DNA of 64,000 nucleotides, taken from positions 140,724-204,723 of the forward strand of contig CAMTXC010000002.1 of NCBI GenBank assembly GCA_947085635.1. Direction: 5' to 3'. The notes below the pieces were generated by a model that worked only from the letters and a program-made list of their open reading frames with translations, was not told where the DNA came from and did no database searches. Source of the stretch: an uncultured Actinomycetes bacterium. Its GTDB lineage: Bacteria > Actinomycetota > Thermoleophilia > RBG-16-64-13. Of this stretch, positions 1 to 9,011 are shown piece by piece. Each line of letters opens with the position of its first letter. The first letter of the stretch is position 1. Both the position numbers and the translations under genes were made by a program.

Positions 1-1
1 C

Positions 2-1078
2 GGGAAGACCGCGGTGCTCGAATTCTACGATGTCGACGACTTCGGCCCGCCGTTCGCCACCGAGGAAGAGGCGCTCCAGGCCGCGGGTGTGGAATCCGAG
101 ACGAGATTACCCGCCGACCAACGGATCGTCCGCTGGCCCGCGGACGATCCCACGCGGACGCGATACTACCTGGTGGAGTCCCCGCCGGCCCTGACCGGGT
201 CCGCCCTATCGGGCGCCCAGGTGGGCTTCGACAGCACCAACCAGCCGAAGGTCGACATGCAGTTCAAGGACGACGGCGCCGTGGCCTTCGCCGACGTCAC
301 CGAGCGACTGGCGCAGAGGAACCAGATCACAGGGCAGGACCAACTGCTGGTGATCGTGCTCGACGGGGTGGTGGAGTCGTCACCCCGCGTATCGGAGCGG
401 ATAGCGGGTGGTCGCGCCGAGATCACCGGGCGCTTCACGCTCGACGAAGCCAAGAACCTCGCGTTGGTCCTGCAAACAGGCGCCTTGCCCGTGGAGCTGA
501 AGGTGATCGACCAGCGCAGCATCGGGGCGACTCTCGGCAAGGCCTCGCTCCAGCAGGCGCTGTACGCGGGCCTGGTCGGGCTGGCGATGGTGGCGGTGTT
601 CATGGTGGCCTACTACCGCCTGCTCGGCCTCGTGGCCAACTTGGCGCTTGTGATCTACGGTCTGCTCTTCTGGGGGATCTTGAACGGGATCGATGCGGCG
701 CTCACCCTTCCTGGCGTGGCGGGCATCATCCTCACCTTGGGCATGGCCGTCGATGCGAACGTCATCATCTTCGCCCGCATCCGCGAGGAGATCGAGGCCG
801 GCAAGACGGTACGCACGGCGGTTGACGCCGGCTTCCGGAAAGCATTGAGTGCCATCGTGGACGCCAACGTCACCACCCTGATCACGGCGGCAGTGCTGTT
901 CTGGGCGGCGACCGGGGGCATCCGCGGATTCGCGCTCACCCTGGGTATCGGCGTGGCCTTGTCGATGTTCACCGCCATCGTCGTCACGCGCGCGCTCCTG
1001 GGCCTGCTGGCTGATTGGAGGCCCTTCAAGAACCCGTCGCTCACCGGCCTTCGGGTAAGAGGGGAGAGCAAGGCATGA
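2..1078 (+). CDS. secD: Protein translocase subunit SecD, 5' end cut by the window edge
   Basis: The frame is open from the window start. It has a periplasmic domain followed by a C-terminal multi-TM bundle (GIILTLGMAVDANVIIFARIREE, VTTLITAAVLFW). Its stop overlaps the secF ATG (ATGA at 1075-1078). Confidence 0.9.
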   Translation, partial: GKTAVLEFYDVDDFGPPFATEEEALQAAGVESETRLPADQRIVRWPADDPTRTRYYLVESPPALTGSALSGAQVGFDSTNQPKVDMQFKDDGAVAFADVTERLAQRNQITGQDQLLVIVLDGVVESSPRVSERIAGGRAEITGRFTLDEAKNLALVLQTGALPVELKVIDQRSIGATLGKASLQQALYAGLVGLAMVAVFMVAYYRLLGLVANLALVIYGLLFWGILNGIDAALTLPGVAGIILTLGMAVDANVIIFARIREEIEAGKTVRTAVDAGFRKALSAIVDANVTTLITAAVLFWAATGGIRGFALTLGIGVALSMFTAIVVTRALLGLLADWRPFKNPSLTGLRVRGESKA

Positions 1079-1971
1079 CGGTCTATCCCTTCATGCGGTA
1101 CAAGTGGTACTTCATCGCGCTTGTGGGCGCGGTCACCGTGTTCGCCGTTGCCTCGATGCTCTTCTTCGGTTTGCGCCTCGGCATTGAATTCAACGGAGGC
1201 GTGCGCGTCGAAGTGAAGCTGGAGCGGCCGGCCACGGTGACGCAGGTGCGCGACGCGGTCAGCGCGGTGGGGGTGGACGACAGTGTGATCCAGCCCGTGG
1301 GTGACGACGGCTTCGTGATAACCGCGTCGGAGCTGTCCGACGATCAGTACGACGAGCTCATCGCGACCCTCGCCATGGACTTCGGCGCAGAGCAGGCCGC
1401 GGCCGGCATGGAGCGCGTCGGGCCGAGCTTCGGGGAGGAGACCGGCCGGAAAGCCCTGATCGCGGTGCTCTTCGCAATCGCAGTCATAGTGCTCTACATC
1501 ACGTGGCGCTTCGAATACAAGTTCGCCCTGCCGGCGATCGTGGCCCTCGTGCACGACGTAGCGCTCACGTTGGGCGTGTACGCGGTTACGGGACGTCTGG
1601 TCACCGCGGCCACCGTGGCGGCGGTGCTCACTATCCTGGGATACTCCATCAACGACACCATCATCGTGTTCGACCGCATCAGGGAAAATCAGATCCTGAT
1701 GAAGAAGGAGTCGTACGCCTCCATGGTGGACCTGAGCATACGCCAGACCCTGGCGCGATCGATCAACACCGCGCTCACCACCCTCATGCCCATCGGCACC
1801 ATCCTTCTTTTGGGTGGTGCCACACTGAAAGACTTTGCCTTCGCATTGTTCATTGGCATCGCTGCAGGCGGCTACTCGTCCATGTTCGTCGCGTCGCCCA
1901 TCCTCACTCTCTGGAAGGAACGGGAGCCGCGCTATCGCAAGCGCGCGGTCGTGGAAAGGGCTGGCAGGTAG
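1075..1971 (+). CDS. secF: Protein translocase subunit SecF
   Basis: MTVYPFMRYKWYFIALV... GIEFNGG ... INDTIIVFDRIREN are SecF hallmarks. I chose the ATG at 1075 because it overlaps the secD stop; the track ORF starts at 1015. Confidence 0.9.
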   Translation: MTVYPFMRYKWYFIALVGAVTVFAVASMLFFGLRLGIEFNGGVRVEVKLERPATVTQVRDAVSAVGVDDSVIQPVGDDGFVITASELSDDQYDELIATLAMDFGAEQAAAGMERVGPSFGEETGRKALIAVLFAIAVIVLYITWRFEYKFALPAIVALVHDVALTLGVYAVTGRLVTAATVAAVLTILGYSINDTIIVFDRIRENQILMKKESYASMVDLSIRQTLARSINTALTTLMPIGTILLLGGATLKDFAFALFIGIAAGGYSSMFVASPILTLWKEREPRYRKRAVVERAGR

Positions 1972-2083
1972 CCTCTCTTCACGCCTTCACGCTCCCCCTC
2001 GGGGTGACTTGAGACGTCTTCGTTTCAGTGCTCTCCAGAGCCGGGAAGAGTGTCTGCGAAGTTTGTCCAGGAAGGGAGAGGTC

Positions 2084-2476
2084 ATGAGTGAAGATGTCGA
2101 CACGACTGCCAACAGCACCCCGGAGGAAAGCCCGACTGCCGTACGCGATATCCTCGAACGGGCTCTGCTTGTGGGCCTCGGGGCGGCCGCGCTCACGAAA
2201 GACCGTGTGCAGGCCGTGGCCGACGAGTTCATCCGCAGGGGCCAGCTCTCGGCGGACGAGGGGAAAGACCTGGTCGAGGGCTTGGCGGCCCGAAGTCGGG
2301 ATGAGGCGCGATCGGTTCTTCGTGGCGCGGACTCCTCACTCCAGAGCGTGATGGGGCAGCTCGGCGTCGCCACACAACGCTCGGTCGAAGACGTGGAGTT
2401 CCGCGTTCAGCAGCTGGAGCATCGTCTGGCGCTTCTCGAGAGACAGGCCGACGCCGCCTCCACGGTGGATGAGTGA
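2084..2476 (+). CDS. Phasin-like amphipathic helical protein (COG3937-like), function unknown
   Basis: ATG at 2084 preceded by GGGAGAGG. Pattern ERALLVGLGAAALTKDRVQAVADEFIRRGQLSADEGKDLV ... EDVEFRVQQLEHRLALLERQ resembles polyhydroxyalkanoate-regulator/phasin family proteins. It overlaps the next gene by 8 nt. Confidence 0.55.
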   Translation: MSEDVDTTANSTPEESPTAVRDILERALLVGLGAAALTKDRVQAVADEFIRRGQLSADEGKDLVEGLAARSRDEARSVLRGADSSLQSVMGQLGVATQRSVEDVEFRVQQLEHRLALLERQADAASTVDE

Positions 2477-4211
2477 CCCACTCCGCCGTGCACCAGAGCA
2501 ACTGGACGGTGGTTCCGCGGTGCGTGACATACGCGTGACGCAGACACCGAAAGGCATCGTCGGCCAGGCCCGCAACCTCGACCGCCTTCGCCAGATCTCC
2601 GAAGTCGCGGTGCGTCACGGCTTCGGGTATCTTTTCGAGAGGCACAACCTGTGGACGGTGCTCGCACTCCGTAAGCGCGAGGTGCCCCCGCAGCCCCCGC
2701 AGTTGGGGCGCCATGTGCGGGAGTTCCTCGAGGAACTCGGCCCCACGTTCGTGAAGTTCGGCCAGTTGTTGAGCACGAGACCCGACCTGGTGCCCCACGA
2801 GGTGCTGGAGCAGCTTGTGCGGCTACAGGACCAGGTGCCGCCCTTCCCGTTCGAGGCCGTGCGCGCAGTCGTCGAGGAGGAACTCGGGCTCACCCTGGAG
2901 CGGTTGTTCGTGAGCTTCGACTCCGTCCCTATCGCCGCCGCTTCCATCGGTCAGGTGCACCGCGCGGAACTCCCCGGCGGGACCCAGGTGGTGGTGAAGG
3001 TGCAGCGGCCCGACGCCGCCCGGCAGATCCAGCGCGACATCGAACTGCTCGAACAGGCTGCGCTTCTGATGAAGGAGCACCTGGGCGAGAGGCTCTTCGC
3101 CGATCCGGTCGCCGTGGTGCAGGAGTTCGCGCGATCGATCTCCGCTGAACTCGACTACATGTTGGAGGCACGCAACGCCGAGCGGTTCGCATCCAACTTT
3201 TCAGGATCTCAGTCGGTGAGTATCCCCAGAGTGCATTGGACGCACTCACGACGCCGCGTCCTCGCTCTCGAGTACACGCACGGCACCACGCTGAACCTCC
3301 TCGACCTGGAGGAGATGGGGTACGCCGAGCGTTCCGCCCTCGCAGAGACCATCGCCGACGCCTGGTTCAAACAGATACTCGAAGACGGCTTCTTCCACGC
3401 GGATCCGCACCCGGCGAACATCATGTACATCGATCACGGCCACATCGCCCTCTTGGATTTCGGCATGGCCGGCGCTCTGTCCAGGGAAGACCTGGAGCAA
3501 GGCACCTTCCTCTTCCTCGATGTGATGAGTCGCGATATTGAGGGCGTCAAGCGCCGGCTGGCGCACCTCGGGGTGCGCTGGCCCCGTGAGAAAGACCAAG
3601 AGGTCACCGCGGCCTTGGAGCTGGGGTTCGCCCGCTACTTCGGCCTCAAGCTTGCCGACCTCGACGCCGGAGCGCTTATCCATGAGGTCTTCGACCTCAT
3701 CTACCAGCTGCATCTGAGCCTGCCTTCCCGCTTCCTGCTTCTGGAGAAGTCGCTGCTCACTCTGGAGGGAGTGGCGACCAACATATATCCAGACCTCAAC
3801 GTCTTCCAGATGGCACGGCCGTACGCACGCCGCCTGCTCGTCCGGCGCTACCGACCCGACGTCGCCCTTGCCGGTGCGGGCCGCTCGCTCGAGGCCTATG
3901 CCAGAGTCCTGCGGGACTATCCTTTCCAGGTACACGACCTGCTTGAGGAGATGCGCGACGGCGAGCTCGAGATCAAGTTCGTCCACATGGGACTGAACGA
4001 CTTCGGGCACAAACTCGACGTTCTTACCAATCGTGTGGTCATCGGCCTCATCACCGCATCCCTCGGGCTGGCCAGCTCTATCGTCGCGGTGTTCGTGACC
4101 GGAGGGCCGCACGTTCTCGGTCTCTCCGTCTGGGGGATACCAGGCTTCTTCGGTGCGTTCGTCTTCGGTGTCTGGCTCATGTGGGCGATCGTGCGCTCCG
4201 GTAGGATGTGA
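2469..4211 (+). CDS. ABC1/UbiB-family atypical protein kinase with C-terminal TM helices
   Basis: Family signature FVKFGQLLSTRPDLVPHEVLEQLVRLQDQVPPFPF, then AAASIGQVHRA and FHADPHPANI. The C-terminus is hydrophobic (VVIGLITASLGLASSIVAVFV). Confidence 0.85.
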   Translation: MSDPLRRAPEQLDGGSAVRDIRVTQTPKGIVGQARNLDRLRQISEVAVRHGFGYLFERHNLWTVLALRKREVPPQPPQLGRHVREFLEELGPTFVKFGQLLSTRPDLVPHEVLEQLVRLQDQVPPFPFEAVRAVVEEELGLTLERLFVSFDSVPIAAASIGQVHRAELPGGTQVVVKVQRPDAARQIQRDIELLEQAALLMKEHLGERLFADPVAVVQEFARSISAELDYMLEARNAERFASNFSGSQSVSIPRVHWTHSRRRVLALEYTHGTTLNLLDLEEMGYAERSALAETIADAWFKQILEDGFFHADPHPANIMYIDHGHIALLDFGMAGALSREDLEQGTFLFLDVMSRDIEGVKRRLAHLGVRWPREKDQEVTAALELGFARYFGLKLADLDAGALIHEVFDLIYQLHLSLPSRFLLLEKSLLTLEGVATNIYPDLNVFQMARPYARRLLVRRYRPDVALAGAGRSLEAYARVLRDYPFQVHDLLEEMRDGELEIKFVHMGLNDFGHKLDVLTNRVVIGLITASLGLASSIVAVFVTGGPHVLGLSVWGIPGFFGAFVFGVWLMWAIVRSGRM

Positions 4212-4277
4212 GGCCTTTCGCGCCTCTGAGGTGAGCCCGCCGACTGCCGTCCGTTCCCGCGGTTATACTGTTCCAAC

Positions 4278-6782
4278 ATGGACTCGTACACTTGGAACTG
4301 CACGCCCTTCGAGTGGGATATCGCGGAACGTATCGCGGACGACCTGTGCCTGCCTCTTGTAGCCGGCGTCGTCCTCGCTAGGCGCGGGTTCGCGTCTCCG
4401 GAGGAGGCGCGCGCCTTCCTCGAGGTGTCTGCCGAGGTGCCGAGCCCGTTCCTCTTCTCCGACATGGAGATCGCGGTCGAGAAGATAGTCGCGGCCGCGG
4501 CCGGCGGTATGCGCGTGGTGGTGCACGGTGACTACGACGTCGACGGCATCTCGGCGACGGCGCTGCTCGTGCGGGGCCTCAGGCATTTCGGCATCCACGC
4601 GGAGACGTACCTCCCAAGCCGTTTCGTAGAGGGCTACGGCCTTTCAGAATCCGGCGTCCGCACGATCGCGACCCGGGGTGAGGCCTTGTTGATCACGGTC
4701 GACTGCGGTGTCAATTACCCTGATCAGGTGGCCCTCGCGATGTCTCTCGGTCTCGATGTGATCGTGACCGACCATCACAGCCCCGGCCCCGAGCTCCCTG
4801 CGTGCCCGGTGATACACGCGTCCCGTGGAGAGTACCCGCATGCGCACCTGTGCGGCGTGGGAGTGGCTCTCAAAGTGCTCCACGCCCTCCACGTGCGCGT
4901 CGAGGGGGCGGACGAGCATCGCCTGCCCGAGGCGCTCCTTCGCCAGCTCGACTTGGTCGCACTTGGCACTGTCGCGGATCTCGTGCCCCTCGTCGGCGAG
5001 AACCGCTACTACGTGACCGAGGGCGTCGTGCGTCTCGCGACCTCCGACAAACCCGGCCTGCGGGCTTTGCTCAGCATAATCGGCGAGGGGAGGATCGACG
5101 CCCAGACCATCGGGTACCGGCTGGCCCCGAGATTGAACGCGGCGGGACGCATGAAAGACCCCCAGTCGCCTCTACGACTGCTTCTCACCGACGACCCGGA
5201 GGAAGCCGCCGCCATCAGCGAGGAGCTGGACGTGCTGAACCGCCGGCGGCAGGAGGTGGAGGCGGGTGTGCTCGTGGAGGCTCTGCAGCAGGTGGAAGAA
5301 CTCGCTGTGTTGCCTACGATCTTGGTGCTCGCGGGCGCCGACTGGCACGAAGGGGTACTCGGTATCGTCGCCTCGCGGATCGTCGAGCGTTATCATCGGC
5401 CGGCCGCGGTGCTCTCGATCAGCGACGGTGTAGCGAGAGGGTCCGCCCGCAGCATCCCGTCGTACGACATGATGGCCGGGCTGACCGCCTGCTCCGACCT
5501 ATTCTCGGATTTCGGCGGTCACCGTCAAGCCGCGGGTATGACCCTTCCGGCGGCTTCGTTGGAAGAGTTCCGCTCGAGGATAGAGGCGCACGCCGACGCG
5601 ACCCTCACGGCAGAAGACATGATCCCCACCTATCGACCCGACGCCGTCATCCACGGCGAAGATCTCACGTTAGAGACCGCGGACTCGTTCGCCTGCCTCG
5701 CGCCCTTCGGCATGGGCAATCCTCGTGTGAACCTCATCGCCATCGCGGCGCGGTTCGAGTACCCCGAAACCACACGCAAGGGCGATCATCTGCGCTGCAG
5801 CGTGCTGGTGGACGACATCCGCACCAAGGCGATCGGGTTCGGGCTAGCGTCCAAGATCCCCGCTCTCCTGGATAGCGGTGCCAGAGGGCATGCGGGGCTG
5901 CGTCTGGAGGTGAGCGAGTGGCAGGGCACGAGTCGCGCGGAAGCCCACCTCCACAGCTTGTACCGCGCGACCGATCACGGTCAGGCCGCCCTCGGGTGCA
6001 CGCCGGATTGCCCCTTCCGAGATCCGCTGGATGCACCCGTTCCGTGCGCACAATGCGCAGAGCCGTTCGCCGGTGACGAGCGCCCTCTGACGGGCCGCGA
6101 CCTCCGCGATCGCCGCGGCACCCTGCCCCGAATCGCGGAAGTCCTGTCGTCAGGAGAACCGGTGACCATCGTGGGCTCCTCGGCGAGCCACCATCTCGCG
6201 GCCGTGTGCGGCGGCCTGCCTCTCAGGGAGTTGGGCGTCGCCGGCGTAGATTGCGTGAGCCGATACTGCTGGCGCACGAGAGGGCCCGGCCTGCGGCCGG
6301 ACGCGCTCCTGTTCGCCGACTGGTGGGCCGCGGAGCGTCGCGCCGTACTCCTGAGTTCCCGACGGCACATCATCGTGGCAGACCCCCCGTTCCGGGCTTC
6401 GCACACCCGTCTCGTCGCGGACCTAGCGGCTTCGGGAGCGAGGATCCACCTGATATACGGCAAAGGCGAACGAGACCGCGTCGCGCGGGAACTGCGTCGA
6501 ACCGTACATCCCAGGTACTGGATGGTCGCTCTCTACCGGGAGTGGCAGGCCGGGGGGGCGGAACTGCCTGAGCTGCTCGCCCGCGTGGATCGTGCAGCCT
6601 GGGGGAGAGACGGGGCCCTGGCTTCCTCCGAAGACCTCCACGCCGCCTTGGCTCTTCTGGAAGCCCTCGGCCATGGCCCCGATTCGGACGAAAAGGCTAC
6701 AATGAAGGCCACGGACCACCCTGCGTACCTTGCGGCCGAAGCCGCCTACACGGAGGCCATCAACTTTTGCCGGAGGATGTGA
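4278..6782 (+). CDS. recJ: Single-stranded-DNA-specific exonuclease RecJ with a long C-terminal extension
   Basis: DHH-family motifs VVVHGDYDVDGISA, ITVDCGV, VIVTDHH and a DHHA1 region (GGHRQAAGMTL). At 834 aa, roughly 260 aa lie beyond the usual core. Confidence 0.85.
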   Translation: MDSYTWNCTPFEWDIAERIADDLCLPLVAGVVLARRGFASPEEARAFLEVSAEVPSPFLFSDMEIAVEKIVAAAAGGMRVVVHGDYDVDGISATALLVRGLRHFGIHAETYLPSRFVEGYGLSESGVRTIATRGEALLITVDCGVNYPDQVALAMSLGLDVIVTDHHSPGPELPACPVIHASRGEYPHAHLCGVGVALKVLHALHVRVEGADEHRLPEALLRQLDLVALGTVADLVPLVGENRYYVTEGVVRLATSDKPGLRALLSIIGEGRIDAQTIGYRLAPRLNAAGRMKDPQSPLRLLLTDDPEEAAAISEELDVLNRRRQEVEAGVLVEALQQVEELAVLPTILVLAGADWHEGVLGIVASRIVERYHRPAAVLSISDGVARGSARSIPSYDMMAGLTACSDLFSDFGGHRQAAGMTLPAASLEEFRSRIEAHADATLTAEDMIPTYRPDAVIHGEDLTLETADSFACLAPFGMGNPRVNLIAIAARFEYPETTRKGDHLRCSVLVDDIRTKAIGFGLASKIPALLDSGARGHAGLRLEVSEWQGTSRAEAHLHSLYRATDHGQAALGCTPDCPFRDPLDAPVPCAQCAEPFAGDERPLTGRDLRDRRGTLPRIAEVLSSGEPVTIVGSSASHHLAAVCGGLPLRELGVAGVDCVSRYCWRTRGPGLRPDALLFADWWAAERRAVLLSSRRHIIVADPPFRASHTRLVADLAASGARIHLIYGKGERDRVARELRRTVHPRYWMVALYREWQAGGAELPELLARVDRAAWGRDGALASSEDLHAALALLEALGHGPDSDEKATMKATDHPAYLAAEAAYTEAINFCRRM

Positions 6783-9004
6783 CAAGGCCGGCTGATAGCT
6801 CGGAAGTCATGGAACTCGAGGTGCCCCACCGCGAGTTGCTCGACGATCTGTTCCGCCAGATCGTACGGTACAACCCGACGTTCGATAGAGGCTTGGTCGG
6901 GCGGGCGTTCCAGATAGCCGTGACGCATCACCGGGAGCAGAGGCGCGCCAGCGGCGAAGACTACATCCTCCATCCCGTCGGCACCGCTGCCATCTGCGCC
7001 GATCTTCGGCTCGACTCCGCCACCATCGCCGCCGCGCTCCTGCACGACGTCGTTGAAGACACCGAGGTCTCGGTCGAAGAGGTGCGTAGCGAGTTCGGCG
7101 ATGAGGTGGCGCTTCTCGTCGATGGCGTCACCAAGCTGACTCAGATGTCGTTCCGCAGCGTGGAAGAAGAGCAGGCCGAGAACTTCCGCAAGATGATCAT
7201 CGCGATGGCGAAAGACATCCGGGTGATCCTGATCAAACTCGCCGATCGCCTACACAACATGCGCACCCTCTGCTACCTGGGCAAAGAGAAGCAGATACAA
7301 AAAGCTAAGGAGACCCTCGAGATCTACGCTCCGCTGGCGCACCGCCTGGGTATCGAGTCCGTGCGATGGGAGTTGGAAGACGTCGCATTCGCGACGCTGC
7401 ACCCCCGCAAGTACGCAGAGATCCAGCAGATGGTGGCCCAGCGCCGGGCTGATCGCGAGAACTACCTCGAAGAAGCTCGGGCCTACCTGAAGCGCGAACT
7501 CGACAAGGTGAAGATCGACGCCGAGATCCTCGGGCGGGCGAAGCACTTCTACTCCATCTACGACAAGATGACTCGAAAGGGGAAAGAGTTCAACGAGATC
7601 TACGATCTCACCGCGATGCGCGTGCTGGTGGCCAGCGTCCGCGACTGTTACGCGGCCGTGGGGATCATCCACTCCCTCTGGAAGCCCCTTCCCGGCCGTT
7701 TCAAAGACTACATAGCGATGCCGAAGTTCAACATGTACCAATCGCTACACACAACGGTCATCGGGCCACAGGGCAAACCGCTCGAGATCCAGATTCGTAC
7801 GATGGAGATGCACGAGACCTCCGAATACGGCATCGCGGCGCACTGGGTGTACAAGGACAAGGACAAGGCCCGGGACGGCGCGCGCGACAAGGGCGACCGC
7901 CTGGCCTGGCTCCGGCAGATGATGGAGTGGCAATCGGAGACGAAGGACGCTTCCGAGTTCATGGAGTCGCTTCGGGTCGACCTACTGCAGGACGAAGTCT
8001 ACGTCTTCACCCCGAAGGGCGAGGTCAAGAGCCTGCCGGCCGGCTCCACGCCGGTGGACTTCGCCTACGCCATCCACACCGACGTGGGGCACCGCTGTAT
8101 CGGTGCGAAGGCGAACGGGCGGATAGTGCCGCTCACCTACAACCTGCAGTCCGGCGATATCGTGGAGATCCTCACCACCAAGAACCCCCAGGGCCCGTCG
8201 CGAGACTGGCTGAATTTCGTGCGGAGCTCCGGTGCCCGCAACAAGATCCGGCAGTGGTTCAAGCGCGAGCGGCGCGAGGATTCCGAGCACCTGGGCAAAG
8301 AGGCTTTGCTCGAGATCATGCGCAAGCACGGCCTCCCGGCCCAGAGACTCATGGGCTCAGAGACGCTCTCGCAGGTAGTCAAAGACCTGAACTTCCAGAA
8401 GCGCGAAGACTTCTTCGTGAGCATCGGCGCTGGGAAGACGAGCGCACAGCACGTGCTCACCAAGATCATGCAGCACCTGGACGAGAGCCTCGGCACCGTC
8501 AAAGACCTGCCTCCCGCCATCCAGGTCACACCTCGCCGTCTTCCTTCCTCGGGTGATCTCGGCATACGGGTCGAGGGCGTCGAAGATGTGGCGATCCGCA
8601 TGCCGGAGTGCTGCAGACCGGTGCCCGGCGACGAGATCGTCGGTTACATCTCTCTCGGCAAGGGCATCACGGTGCACCGCCGGGACTGCCCCAACGTAAG
8701 AGCTCTCGAGAAGCGCCCAGAGAGATTCGCGGCAGTCTCATGGGACACCGCGACCAAAGCCCCGTTCCGCGTGGAGATACAGATCGAGGCGTACGATCGC
8801 AGCCGACTCTTGGAGGATATCTCACGCACCTTGAGTGAGAGCGGGGTGAACATACTAGCCGCGCAGCTCCAGATGACCGACGACAACACGGTGAAGGGAA
8901 GGTTCGTGTTCGAAGTGTCCGGGGTTGACTACCTCGAATCGGTCTTGCAGCGCATGCGGATGATCGACACCGTCTACGACGCATATCGCGTCACTCCCCA
9001 TTAG
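6767..9004 (+). CDS. rel: Bifunctional (p)ppGpp synthetase/hydrolase Rel (RelA/SpoT family)
   Basis: HD hydrolase motif (LLHDVVEDT), synthetase region (YSIYDKM, DLTAMRVLV, KDYIAMPK, YQSLHTTV), TGS (VYVFTPKGEV) and a C-terminal ACT-like region. The start is uncertain: TTG 6767, GTG 6779 (GTGA overlap with the recJ stop) or ATG 6809. Confidence 0.9.
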   Translation: MPEDVTRPADSSEVMELEVPHRELLDDLFRQIVRYNPTFDRGLVGRAFQIAVTHHREQRRASGEDYILHPVGTAAICADLRLDSATIAAALLHDVVEDTEVSVEEVRSEFGDEVALLVDGVTKLTQMSFRSVEEEQAENFRKMIIAMAKDIRVILIKLADRLHNMRTLCYLGKEKQIQKAKETLEIYAPLAHRLGIESVRWELEDVAFATLHPRKYAEIQQMVAQRRADRENYLEEARAYLKRELDKVKIDAEILGRAKHFYSIYDKMTRKGKEFNEIYDLTAMRVLVASVRDCYAAVGIIHSLWKPLPGRFKDYIAMPKFNMYQSLHTTVIGPQGKPLEIQIRTMEMHETSEYGIAAHWVYKDKDKARDGARDKGDRLAWLRQMMEWQSETKDASEFMESLRVDLLQDEVYVFTPKGEVKSLPAGSTPVDFAYAIHTDVGHRCIGAKANGRIVPLTYNLQSGDIVEILTTKNPQGPSRDWLNFVRSSGARNKIRQWFKRERREDSEHLGKEALLEIMRKHGLPAQRLMGSETLSQVVKDLNFQKREDFFVSIGAGKTSAQHVLTKIMQHLDESLGTVKDLPPAIQVTPRRLPSSGDLGIRVEGVEDVAIRMPECCRPVPGDEIVGYISLGKGITVHRRDCPNVRALEKRPERFAAVSWDTATKAPFRVEIQIEAYDRSRLLEDISRTLSESGVNILAAQLQMTDDNTVKGRFVFEVSGVDYLESVLQRMRMIDTVYDAYRVTPH

Positions 9005-9011
9005 GGTTGGC

